Counted from the stretch's first letter, positions 51,171-63,869 are shown. The stretch is DNA of 64,000 bases from Eledone cirrhosa (GCA_964016885.1 OZ024743.1:358608001-358672000), one strand, 5' to 3'. A program made the numbers and translations. The notes: generated from the letters alone by a model not told the origin.

Positions 51171-51318
51171 TAGGGATTGTGGTCCAGAATTAGCCGTCGA
51201 AACGGCTTGAGCTCAGCTGTCGGGGTCTTACTGGTTCCTATTACCCACTCTACTACCTCAAGTATTGAGTACTTTGGTGCGTTATGGTCCACCTGGTTCC
51301 TTACCACATTTCCTTCGT
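51170..51318. mobile_element. unclassified (TA)n-anchored element
   Basis: Homologous to 58720-58847; ends precisely at (TA)n; hairpin AGCCGT-CGAA-ACGGCT. Confidence 0.7.
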
Positions 51319-54300
51319 TATATATATATATATATATATATGTTTGTGTATGTGTATGGGTGAATGCATGTATAGATATTTTCAATAGATTGTTGTAAGA
51401 TGGAGTTCAGACAAAAAAAATTCATCATCCTAACTAATGCTTAAAAAAATATAAAAAATATGAATAATTATGGAAAAAAATCTCTTCTTTTCTTTAGCAG
51501 GAATGGAATGGGATACATTTGATTGCATTGCTGCAATCGAAACTAATCTAATTAGGTGGATATAAGCAAGTGATAATCTCTACTGATCTTTGCAGAAGCT
51601 ATTATAGTAGATCCCACCTGACGTTATAAATAAATCTCTTGGGCAATGCACAATTACATAGCTTTTTAGAAATATATAATTTGCATGTCAAACATGTGAT
51701 GACTTAATTAGTGATGAATTTGCAAATATTTTCAGTTCCATCCCACTCAGTGGCTTAACTTATTTTGTTTATCTACTTTGTTGTCATTATATATAACAGG
51801 CATACTGCCATAGGCGCAGGTATGGCTGCGTGGTTAAGAAGCTTGATTGACAACCATATAGTCTTGGGTTTGATCTCACAACATAGCACCTTGAGCAAAT
51901 GTCTTCTACCATAGCTTTGTGAGTGAAATTTGATACATGGAACCTATACAGAAACTTCACATGTATTTCAATACACTGTCCCTATGACTCACTTAGGAGT
52001 TATGGGACCAAACATACAAACAAATATAGATATATGTGTGTGTATGCATGCACACACACACTCACACACACACACAATACAAACATTCAAAGTCTAAAAT
52101 CTTTCCTGTGCCTCCTTTTTTCAAGCCCTTATTCACCATCAGCATGGGTCTTCTCTGTATTTCCTTTCTTTAAGCTCCTGTTCCTCATTAGAATTTGCCT
52201 TCTCTGTAAGCTGTTTTCTTCAATTCCAAGTTCACAACTATGAAATATCTTCACTGCAATGAGGTGTTTCCTTTAGAGAGTTAGTTTGTTTAGTAGACTG
52301 AATACTGCACTACCATCACAGACATGGAAAATTTGTATCCTATCTTTGATAAATCTGTGAAAAGGATTCTTCCCATACTACATCTAACTGTAAATACCAT
52401 GGAGGGATAAAACTTATAGTGACAAGTGTTTATAAAAAGAGACACGCAGAAGATACTTGATAATGGTGAACTAGTGAGTTTAAAGGAAAGAGACTCATAG
52501 AAAACATAAGCCTTGAGAAAAACACATTTCATAATGGGGAACTGGAACCTCAAAATTTTTCACACAGGGAACACACCCAATGATAGTGAACTGGGACATG
52601 AAGAAAAAAAAAAGCACAGAAAAGTTATTTCACTGTATCTTGAAACGTATTTAGTAATACAATAATGGCCTTAAAATCTATAGTTTTATACTTTTTTCCA
52701 GTGTTTTTTATTCAGTACCTATTAGGTAGTTTTAAAATTTAGCCATGATGTGGTCATTCAAGTTATGAGAGACAGATAAACCATCATTTTTGCATAATAA
52801 TGTGCAGTTTTTCTTATGTTTGTTAATATTATTTAGAATGAAGAGACTGCATAGTTTGGAGACCCCTGTTACACCCTAAATTCCTACTGAGACATCAGTG
52901 TTGCACTCCATTTTGACCCAGTGGAAGTTGTTTTAAAATATAATTGACTTTGTGGCTTTCATAATAATACTGACAATCGATATTGTTGATGATGATGCAT
53001 TCTTTCTCAAATTCCAAAGTGTTAAGGAAATTATTGAATACAGATGGAGAGTATTCTACTATCATAAACTGGATAAATCTGCAATAGGCTTTATTCTCTA
53101 CCTTTTAAAACTATTTGATTAACCCAGTACTGCAATTACATTGAGCATTTCTAATTTTGTCATCAATGGAGTTGATTATTTGTTTGTGAACTTAGCCTAG
53201 GAGTTTATTAATTTACATTTGGGGTGAGATGGGAAATTTATTTTGTGGTCTCTAAGAGTGACATAAGGTGGTTATGATTCTAAGCAGTCTTCTATGTTTA
53301 GTTTAGTAACTTGTGTTTTGTTCTACATGTTTATAATGCTGTAGACATCGAGCTTTGTCTTCTTGTTTGTTCTGGCAATATTGTCTGACAGATGTTTGTT
53401 GTATTGCAATGTCTAGACTGTACATATTTCTTTTTACTTATCTGTAACTGTTTGAAATGTACCAAATGGTCATTAAGGAAATTTTAGAAGGGGGTTAATA
53501 TGATTTTAAAATCTTATATTAATGGAGTTAACGAGGTTGCAACAGGTTTCTGCCTTGATTGAAATCTTTAATTCTTAATGCATAATCACGTTTCACTGAG
53601 AAAAAACATCTGATGTCAGTTTTAGGCCAGCCAGTAAAATCACAATGATCAAAACCCGGATATGCTTGTACTCTGACCAGTGAAGCAGAATAAAATATTT
53701 GACATCAGCTTTGGCAAGCCAATAAAGCTGTGATGTTAAAAATCCAGATGTTTTAGTATATTGAGAACGACAAGTGATGAATTGATGTATGTATTTGGTG
53801 ACCAGCCAAGCTTGATTCCATATCAAATCACCACCATATCAAAACAAGAAGATGACACAGAGTTTTGACTGACACCAAGACACCATGGGTATATGTCTTC
53901 TCAAAAACAAGAGCCCTCTTCCTTCAACAAACAGCATCCCAATGATGCCTGCACATGCATACATTTCCTTCTGGATTCTGATCCTAAAGTGAATTGACAT
54001 TTTCTAGTATGATCTTGTTGAATTCTTGTATACACTACATTATTGCCATTAACACTAACACTTAGTTTCTGTATTTCACCTGTTTTCTGTCATATATATT
54101 ATGATTCAATGTAAGCATATATATTGTTGAAGCATAAAACTACCTGTAATTCAAATATGTTATTGTTTTTGATGTTTTCCTGTTTTCATGACAAACATCT
54201 GCCATACCTATGCACACAAACCCATTTTGTTTAGTTGTCACTCACAACAAGAATGGTCACTGCATGGATAAAATATTTAATGAATATATTTATGGAGCAA

Positions 54301-54436
54301 AACCTGAAAATCACCATCAACACCTTTTAATTTCTAGATACTACCTCCAGATATGACTACAGACAAGAACTACCCTTGCTTAAAACAAAATGAGGACACT
54401 ATCATCATCAGCATCATTTTACGTCCACTGGGCTGG

Positions 54437-54692
54437 GTGCTTTTTTGCCGTGGCACCTCCATGACCACTTTACAGTGGAATGATAGGGACCCCAGTCCTT
54501 ATCATCTCATTTCTACAGCTGAGTAAACTGGAGTAATGTGAAATAAAGTGTCTTGCTCAAGGAAATAACACATCAAGACACTTTATTTCACATTGCTCCA
54601 GTTTACTCAGCTGTAGAAATGAGATGATAGGGACTGGGGTCCCTATCATTCCACTGTAAAGTGGTCGTGGAGGTGCCACGGCAAAAAAGCAC
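54437..54692. repeat. fold-back of a SINE body: 119-bp arms, 18-nt spacer
   Basis: Arms 54437-54555 and 54574-54692; 3 mismatches seen. Confidence 0.95.
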
Positions 54693-54842
54693 TATATACA
54701 TACATAAAGATTCCACCATCCCTCAGCCATTATATAAAATATTATGAAATGGAATGTGTAAGAAAATATACAACCTATCATCTGATAGAGATATTTTCAA
54801 TTCTGCTCCTTCCATTACAATGTTGCACTGCTATAGAACCAC

Positions 54843-55105
54843 CATCATCGTCATCGTTTTTATGTCTGTTTTTCCACACTTGCATGGGTTGGACAGGTCC
54901 TTCTCAGCACAGCATCCCTCCACTCACCACATTTCTTTATCATCTCCTCTGTGAGTCTCAGAAATCTGAAGTCAGCTCTCACTACCTCTGCCCAAGTCTT
55001 TCTTGGTCTACCTCTATTGTGGCTTCCTTCCACTGGCATTTCCTGGCACTTTTTCACCCATTGATAATCATCCATGTGCATTGCATGTCTATACCAATGC
55101 AGTCT
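54843..55105 (-). mobile_element. RTE family B-like 3' end
   Basis: RRLHWYRH..RGRPRKTWAEVVR; (CAT)n tail. Confidence 0.85.
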
Positions 55106-55339
55106 TCTACCACAAAATAGCCAAACCAGAAAGAGCAATATTACATAAAGCAAAAGCAAATCCCAAGCAAGAACCGGTTAATGGATTTCAGCTAAGTAAA
55201 TCCCCCAATGTTATTCCATTTGGTGAGCACACATGTGTAATTTCAGGCCTGTAGCAATTTTACAGGATGGTTACAGACATTGCATGTCAAATTTTCCAAG
55301 TTTTCAGAAACAATGTGAGTTCTAAGATGACTCTTTAGC

Positions 55340-56230
55340 CCAGCATTTGACCTAACTGAAAAGTTGCAATGAAGACATTGATAGTTTGTAGGAATGGGGG
55401 TTATGTTGATAATTGTGTTTTTGATTTACATACAACTGGTCTTGACGAATACGTTCTTCTTCAAAGTTAACAAGCTTCATATGGCATTGCTTTCTCCACT
55501 CACTCCTATTATTGGCTACATTTTCCCAGCTATTAATATTCATATTCAGATGTTTCTAATTGTCCCTAAGATTGTCTTTACAGCAAAGTAGTGGTTGGCC
55601 TACCTTTCTATGAGTGCCTTTAATTTGACCAAATAAGACATTAGGATTCTTTCATCATTTCTTCTCAAAACATGGCCACATCATCTCATCTGAAATTTGA
55701 TCAAGAACATTTCTATTCCAGAAATATTGTATTGTGGTAGCAATTCACCATTTTTCACTCTATCATCCCATTTTCCAGCACATATCCACCTTAGACACCC
55801 CATATGGAAACTACACATTTGATTTATGTATTTGCAATAGGAAGTCCAGGCTTTTGCCCTATAACAGAGAGTTGTAAGAACAACAGCTTTATAGATATCG
55901 ACTTTTGTTTTAATTGACACATCATATGTGCTCCATAGTTTACCAAAAAGTTTAAAAGCTGGACTTGTCTTTCCTATGTATATTTCAGTTTCCTTATCTA
56001 ACTTTGCATCACTAGTTACACTTGATCCAAGGTATGTAAAACTACTGACTGTTTTTAGAGTTTTGCATTGAACATAAATCCTTGGTAGAGTTTTGAGACT
56101 ATTTCCTGGCCTTGGTTGAGACATGAGTTCAGACGTCTTTATGCCTGAAATTTCAAGCTGCTGAAGCAAACTTATCAACAATGAACTGCATGTCTCATAG
56201 GAAGTGTATAGGTCATGCACAGTCATCTGC
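55340..56230 (-). mobile_element. RTE (BovB-like) 3' fragment
   Basis: FTYLGS, TKVDIYKAVVLTTL, WDDRVKN, WENVANNRSEWR; no Cys-rich insert. Confidence 0.85.
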
Positions 56231-56279
56231 AAAGAGCAAATTTTGTAACATTTGATAGGCTATTCTAGTTCTTGCTTTA

Positions 56280-57072
56280 AACCCACCTATCACCGTTTTA
56301 AGCATGCCCATAATCTCTGCGAACACCATAGTTCTGCCCCTTCCTCTCCCAGCTCTCATCCATATTCTTGTCTCCACTGTAACACCTGTCCCTTCATTCT
56401 AATCTCATCACCCTCACAGGCACCAATGGTTCAATCCATATCCCCCCCCCCCCTTCACCTGCACATCCAGCCACTTAGTCTATGCCCTCTGGTGTTCGCT
56501 TTGCAAGTCCTTATACATTGGAAAAACAGGACACCATTTGGTGGACCATTTTGCTGAACATTTGAGGGACATACAGACACACACCTCTATATTTACCTTC
56601 ACAGCTCTGTACATACACACACACACACCCTTATATACACACACATTACTCACAGCTTCATACTTACAAACACATACACACACTCTTTTACTTACATATA
56701 CAGATACATATCCTCTTCACTTCATATGGATGTATAACAAAAAAACACACACACACGTACAGCTCTATATACAAAACAATGTTTTTTCCCTTTCAGATAG
56801 CCGCGCTCGGTCACCACCTTTTCAAAAAAAGTATATCATACACAAAACGCCAGCGTCAACAGTTTTCCAAGAGATGGCAACACAAATGGACCTGTTATTT
56901 TTCTCTATTTCTTCCCATCTTCTCAAGCTTTCTATTTCTTCTTTAATTGCTGATGAAGGACTAGTGTCTGAAACATTAAGACTCTTTTCCTACTATATCA
57001 AGCATAAAACTAATAATATATTTCTTCATTGTACTGTGTCATTTGCTTTGTTATTTCTGTTTGCCTTTTGCA
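56280..57072 (+). mobile_element. Penelope-like 3' fragment with degenerate hammerhead (56950-56981)
   Basis: CNTCPFI, then VYALWCSLCKSLYIGKTGHHLVDHFAEH (GIY-YIG); CTGATGA A GGAC-TAGT-GTCT GAAA; ends at (TA)n. Confidence 0.8.
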
Positions 57073-57233
57073 TATATATATATATATATATATAGTAATA
57101 ATAATAAATTTGAAGACTAAAATCCAAAGAGGCCTCGATAAGGATAAATCACAGATTGACTTTTTTAGTTTCAGAAGATCCCGTTAAGGGTGAAAGCAGC
57201 GATTCTTTGCTTAAACTTTAATCTGTTATTTTA

Positions 57234-57265
<32 letters not shown>

Positions 57266-57273
<8 letters not shown>

Positions 57274-58365
57274 GGTAAATAATGATACAAATGGGACCTG
57301 CCCCTTGTATAGGAGCAAATTTTGGAATAGAATAGAAAGAACTAGGAATAAGGTTAATAGAATAAACTCATGGTATGATAGCAATAAATACCAGAGTGTA
57401 ATGTTCATCAATACAACCCCTAGAGGTGAATTAGCTTACAAATTCAGAAGGGCCCTAGATAAACATAAACTCAATATTAAGATAGTAGAAAGACCAGGTA
57501 CCTCCATAAAAACACTTATTAGCAATACATACCCTTTTCAAAGACCTCCCTGTATAGATAAGAAATGTATAATCTGTAAATTAAGCCCCCATATTAACTG
57601 TAAAACTAGAAATGTAGTATATAGCATAAGATGTACTGAAGGACAATGTAGAGATAAGAATATAGTGTACATAGGTGAGACAGCTCGTAGTATAGGAGAA
57701 GGGATAAATGAACACTGGCGAGAGCTTCAAGATAGTAAAGAATCATCTGTACTCTACCAACATGCTAAAATAGAACATAAGGGTAAATTAGAGAACATAG
57801 AAATAAAAATAGAATCTACACACAGAAAAGATGCAATAAACATAAATGAACTCCAACCAAAATTAAATAGAAAATATGAATGGAACAGCAACATCACAAC
57901 TTACAATTAAGGACAAAATGAAAACACACATACACATAGAATAAACAACCAACCAGTAACATGTAAATAAACAAATATAAACACACACAGACACCCGGAT
58001 GTAACACATGCGCAAACTAAGCACACAACACACACAAAAACAAGATGCCATAGGCCAGAACAAAGGAGAGGCACAAAAACAAAGAAAAGAAAAGAATCCC
58101 CACTCACTGAAGAGGTCACAGAATGTGTGTCGAAAGAACTTTGACAATATATGAACAATCGTCTGGTTGTGGAACCAACCAACCAACCAACCAACCGGAA
58201 ATTTATAAATTCCTAAATTTATAATTTAATTTATAATAAATTGAAGTGAAAGCAACTGGTGCGTGTATTTCTTATTGGCAACATGACCCTCCCAAAGTAT
58301 AACAATATCGGTTTCAACACATGTTTTCAGATAAAGAATCTTGCTAAACAAATTCAGAAACGAAA
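57266..58365 (+). mobile_element. Naiad-like Penelope element 3' fragment in (TA)n
   Basis: ORF 57272-57910: PLYRSKFW, SVMFINTTP, IKIVERPG, C-x4-C-x2-C-x7-C, VVYSIRC..YIGETARS..EH, PKLNRKYEW; (TA)n on both sides. Confidence 0.85.
58104..58144 (+). ncRNA. minimal hammerhead ribozyme motif
   Basis: TCA CTGAAGA GGTCACA-GAA-TGTGTGTC GAAA GAAC TT TGA, about 200 nt downstream of the Naiad-like ORF, same strand. Confidence 0.55.
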
Positions 58366-58381
58366 TATATATATATATATA

Positions 58382-58721
58382 TCATCATTCATCATCATTT
58401 TCATTTTACGTCCGCTTTTCCCTGTTTGCAAGGGTGGGACGGGAACTGATTCTGGCTTGATTTCTACAGCTGGATGCCCTTCCTAACACCAACTTCATTT
58501 ACAGTGAGTGCTGGGTGCTTTTTTGCCGTGGCACCTCCACGACCACTTTGCAGTGGAATGATAAGGACCCCAGTCCCTATCATCTCATTTCTACAGCTGA
58601 GTAAACTGGAGCAATGTGAAATAAAGTGTCTTGCTCAAGGAAACAACACATCACCCGGTCTGAGAATTGAACTCACAATCTTTCGATTGCAAGGCCAATG
58701 CTCTAACCACTAAGCCATGTG
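58382..58721 (-). mobile_element. full-length tRNA-CORE SINE with mosaic RTE-derived tail
   Basis: TGGCTTAGTGG A box, GAGTTCAATTCT B box, CTTGAGCAAGACACTT core, RTE-A 3' UTR block, RTE-B terminus, (TGA)n. Confidence 0.9.
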
Positions 58722-58919
58722 TGGTAAGGAACCAGGTGGACCATAATGCATCAGAGTACTCAATACTTAGGGTAGTAGAGTGGGTAATAGGAAAATGTTC
58801 AAGACCCTGACGGTAGAGCTCAAGCCGTTTCGACGGCCATTTCTGGATGCTATTTCTGTCCAGAAATAGCCGTCGAAACGGCTTGAGCTCTGCCGTCAGG
58901 GTCTTGAACATTTTCCTAT
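58720..58919. mobile_element. unclassified (TA)n-anchored element with 61-bp fold-back arms
   Basis: Arms 58787-58847 and 58859-58919; ends at (TA)n. Confidence 0.8.
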
Positions 58920-59599
58920 ATATATATATATATACACACATACATATATATGAAGTGAGAGGTATGCATATGTCAGTATATGTATGCAAATGTATATATG
59001 AATTATATATGTGTGTGCATATTTGTTATAGACATGTCTTAATATCTCAAAACTTTCCTGAGTAACTAATATTCAGTCATGGTCATAAAATGGAAATTTA
59101 TACAAATCAAATGTTATGCGATAGAGTGAATACCATAATATCATCCGCTGGAGTAGAGCTTGTTAATCTCATTAACAGATTATGGTTTGCTATGGCTAAA
59201 CATTTTGTTGGATAATCTAATGTTTTATGAAGTCATGACTTATCTGTGATAAGAAAAAGTAGGAAAATACTGAATACTGCTTCAGAAGCAAATAATTCTT
59301 ATTATCTATCATATTTAGTTATGATAGGGCATCATATATATATATACAGGTAGACAGACACATATATTTTCTTTTCTTTTTAAATAGATAATTATTTAAC
59401 AGTAAATAATAAACAAGAAACAATGGATACCAGGCCATAAAGATATTAGGGTAAACAGGAAAACAGATGAATTAGCAAAAGAGGGTGCACAAAGGGAGAT
59501 AATAAATATGATTTACAAAAAGAAGAAAAAAAAAGAAAGAAAACAAATCAATAGAAGCTAATCAGAGAAAAAAAAAAAAAAGAAGTGGGAGAAGACATG

Positions 59600-60510
59600 C
59601 ATACTCAATTACATACAAGAACAGGGAGTGCTGAAGTTTCCCTCTAATATATTTTGAAGCAAGCCAACTCTCTTGCAGCATCGCTGTGGGCAATAGTGAG
59701 GCTAAGATGTTAGAACAGCCAAGCACACATGTGTGAGCATCACCTAATATATCGATATGGTGAGCTGCCAAAAATGAGAAGAACTATATTGTTGGAAACC
59801 CAGCTTTCCAATGTCTTGAATGCAATCTTCTGAAAAAAAAATAGCTTGCTAATAATTCATGGTATTTCAGAATTTTATTCCTTTTGGCTACAATTGATGT
59901 GGCCTTCACCTTTGCTTCATCATTCCAGATGTGGGAAGGAGCAAAACAGTTGTCAATTCTGGTGTTCCATATGAGACATGTACCTCTAACCCAAGAGCAA
60001 AAGGTAATATCATCAACCCTGGACAGTCTACCTGACTCCAAAATTGAGATAATATTGACGCTGGCTAATGTCTACATAATTATAATGTTCAATTTAGTGT
60101 GATGAGTATAGCAACCTGCATTTAGCTGATATTATCTCTGAAGACCCATGGAGTCAAGGGGATTGTCACAAAGTCATTTAAACCTTGCACAGACATTGGT
60201 TCTGACTCTCAGTGCGATGGAAATGAGGAGCGCACCTAGACTGAGTAGGTCACAGATGTTGGCCACAGGCAAAGCATCAACATAGTCTCTTATGAGGTTG
60301 GTACTCACAGAAAGTGTTGGCTGGAATTATCCAAGAGGAAAGTAATTTGTCCCAAACTCTGTACTTCAATTTATTCTGTTTAAGAACTAACAAACCCAGC
60401 TTCTTTCACTGTAGTAGACCTTCATCCACCCCCTTTTGGAGCTAGTCCATGTTGGAAAGCAAAGGATTTTCCCACCAAATGGGAGCAAGCACAGATGTAA
60501 GAAAAGCAGG
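59600..60510 (-). mobile_element. second decayed CRE-like LINE fragment
   Basis: RVDDITFCSWVRGTCLIWN, KILKY..L; 60391-60510 visibly homologous to 17412-17537. Confidence 0.7.
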
Positions 60511-60567
60511 TCACACATATAATGCCACCGAAGTCAACTATGCTTTTCATTATTACGGGGTCAATAA

Positions 60568-60790
60568 GGGCAGTGGATTGGCAGTATCAGTAGAGGGTCG
60601 GACGCCATGCTTTGCAGCATAGAGTTACGGCTCTTTATGATCTGAGTTCAAATCCTACCAAGGTTAACTTTGCCTTTCATCCTTATGGGGTCAATAAAAT
60701 AAAGTACCAGTCATGTACTGGGGTCGATCTAATCAACTTTCCCCCTCCCAAAATTATTGGCCTGGTGCCTATAGTAGAAATCATTATTAT
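60568..60790 (+). mobile_element. tRNA-derived SINE, longer variant
   Basis: Same head and body as 29312 with an extra GGGGTCGATCTAATCAAC segment. Confidence 0.85.
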
Positions 60791-62839
60791 GGGGTTAATA
60801 AATAAAATACTATCCAAGTACTGGTCGATATAATTGACTTTCTCTTTTCCATATATAATGCGTATGCACATGCATGTGTTTGTATAATTCGTGATTGTTT
60901 GATGGTCCACCAAGAAAAAGACATTATGGCGCAGTGAACAAATGACTACAAAAAGATTATTACGATGCTGTTAATTATCAAACAATTAATTATCTGTTTT
61001 AGCACCCAACTTATGAAACTAACACAAACAGAAATTTTAAAAGTTCTGTTACTGTTTTTTTTAAAGAAATTTTTTTATTATAATTGTAATTTAGTTTATA
61101 TTAAAAATTATTTCATATTAAAAAAATACTCTGTATTTAAAATTACTCTGTAAAACAATAAATTTACAAAATTATGCCATGAAAAGTAGTTTTGATAAAA
61201 ATTTGGTTCAATAAAACTATGTTTACAAAATTATTCTATGAAAGATAGTTTATAAAATTCTGTTATTTTATTGGTCTATTTACATATCCCTTTATAATTT
61301 CTATACTGATTTTTTTTATTATTAGAATGACTAAAAGCTGATACTACTGGCTACATCAATTTAACACAATCTTGAGAAAACCTCGAACCGCATTCGAGGT
61401 AGTCTCAGGGATCAATGTATAACAGCAGAAATTCTACTACACATCATTTTATAAACCTTAACTTTAGATTAACTTATGAATTTTCCAAGTATATGTCATC
61501 ATCTTTCAATATTGTTATTGATTTCTTGAACCTGGATTTGTGCCATGTTGAATTACTGATGAAGATTCAATCTATAATAACCTTCGATTCTTAACTCATT
61601 AAATATTCATCAATCATCTGTTTCCTTAGCTCTCAAATCTACAACAATATTAATTCCAGTTCAACCTGAGTCGACATAGTGTAATTTTTTCCCATTAACC
61701 CTTTAGCATTTACATTACTCTGTAGAAAACTACTTTCCTTTGGTTCATTTGTGGACTATTCATGCGTGGTTTGGCTAAGTGAGCCGCGCACAAATATATA
61801 TTACCAACTTCCGCCTAAACAGAGATTTTCCTGCTTCCTTTCAATATACTGTCTTTTGCAGCTTTAATCATGGAAAGGTAAACACCATTTTTCTTTTGCC
61901 ATTCGACCACTAGCCAATATGTAACGACAACAACATAACTATGGCCTGGCCAGCACCTCGGCCAGTTGACCGTACCTTCTAAACTCTTAATTTGTTTATT
62001 CCTTTGTTTGGCATGCCAGCTCAACCTTTGTAATCGGTTAGTAAATAAATTACGTAAAAACATTGTAAAGTCTTGTGATGCTATTACCACAGCCATAGCC
62101 TTTAAATGTGATATGGAAAGATCCTTTCCAGAGTTATTATCACAACAGCAACAGAACCTGGGACTTACAGCCGAACCTCAATTCAACTAACATTGCCATA
62201 TATCAAAACCATACCTTTCCAGCTGCCACAACAACCCATATCAATATTATTATTCTTATTGATATTCCTATTATCGTTCTGCTAAACTGGTGACTATTAA
62301 ACTGCTATATTGGTGACCCCTGTTGATGCAAATACTATTATCATCATTTTAAATACAGCTAAAACTCCCTATATACACAACTGTATTTTTGTGGTAATCA
62401 AATAATTAAAAAAGGCGACAAGATAGCAAAAGCATTGCTGCAGAGAACCGCCAACGACACCTGCGGTATCAGCCATACCACTCCATGGGAATCCATTGTC
62501 AGACAGGTGCGTTCCATCCAATTTTGCAGAAGAAAACAGCAACTGTCTGGCTACTGGGAACACGAGTGGTTTTGATGGTGACCGGCACAGAAAGGAAGTT
62601 TAAATCCCAGTATATGGTCAAAGCAACAAGGTTATCACTACCAATAAAGAAAAAGGGGCAATTTAATCGATTGTTCATATTCCAAGTTCAGATTCAGTCA
62701 GGTTCAACTTTTTCTATTATCAATTCAAGGGTTGATAAAATAAGTACCAGTTAATTATTAGTTTTAATTTAAGTGACTGTATTCCGATCCTCAAATTTGT
62801 GAGTTTGTTCCTATGTTAGAAATAACGATATTCTTTTAA

Positions 62840-63063
62840 CCCTTTAGTATTTAAACCGGTCATATCTGGCCAGAATTCTCTCACATCTTTCTGTTCAAAC
62901 CGGCTGTAACCGGCCACTCAGTATGAGTGGCTGGTTATTGTTCTCAAAATGAATAATATTAAAATCTTATAGATTTGATATCATGTGAGATAATTATGTG
63001 AGGTAAAGCCTTTACTGTGAAAATATAATAGTAAATATATAAAGTAATGTAAATACTAAAGGG
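62840..63063. mobile_element. piggyBac-like MITE
   Basis: TTAA|CCCTTTAGTATTTA ... TAAATACTAAAGGG|TTAA. Confidence 0.9.
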
Positions 63064-63211
63064 TTAAATTGTGTGGAACTGCCAAAACTGACTTACTTTT
63101 TGATATTTTTAAAGTTGAAAAATATCAGGGGTGAGGAACCATCTTGGTACCAAGGGTGAATTTCAAGTGCTTAAGAACCTGTTGAGATGCATCTGTGCTG
63201 ATAAAAATAAT

Positions 63212-63317
63212 TGTTTCTACTTTTGGCACAAGGCCAGCAATTACCCAGTGCATTACTGGTACTTTATTTTATCGACCCCGTAAGGATGAAAGGCAAAGTT
63301 AACCTCGGCGGGATTTG
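63212..63317 (-). mobile_element. 5'-truncated SINE with perfect 15-bp TSD
   Basis: GCTGATAAAAATAAT at 63197-63211 and 63318-63332. Confidence 0.92.
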
Positions 63318-63869
63318 GCTGATAAAAATAATGAAGCTATTTATTTTACAAATTCTTTGGTATGCAAATTACATTAAATAATTATTTTGCTTCTAGTTTG
63401 AATGCAGGCAAGAGGTTCTCACCCCTACTGTAAGTAGTTGCTTGATCTATTAGAAACAACAAGTCAAATCACTCACTACCATTTTTTTTTTTAAAGGGAA
63501 GATTGGATAGTGTAGTCAAAAGTACAGTATATGAATAAAAGAAAAGAAAGCCTGCAACAAAAAGAAAAAAAATGCCTTTCGTTACAAGTATCATACCTCC
63601 TTCATTACTATCATAACCATCACCAATACTATCAACACTTATATAGCCTGACTACTTGGTTTAGCTAGCCTTTCCTTGGCAGTAGGATAGGAAGGGGATT
63701 AACGTTAGCTATACCAACCGTCTTATTCTTCTTAGAATACACGTAATCATAATCTCACATATGTATGGTCCCGTAACTCCTGATGGTCGTTTCTTGGGCA
63801 TTTTAACCTGGTGGAGCTCATCCCTCTCCATGCGTGAGTACAGCAGATTTCTTCCAGAGAGAGGAAGAA

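Noticed and set aside
52780-54070. Possible further RT remnants on the minus strand
   Set aside because: Too decayed to delimit or classify by eye
57272-57910. Selenocysteine recoding as reported for some Naiads
   Set aside because: No in-frame TGA in the retained ORF
58868-58890. GAAAC in the fold-back element as a hammerhead half
   Set aside because: No CTGANGA core and no convincing cleavage site or stem I; it forms a simple hairpin instead
61557-61600. CTGATGA hammerhead-like start (also 13113, 27663, 41498)
   Set aside because: No correctly placed GAAA with pairing stems
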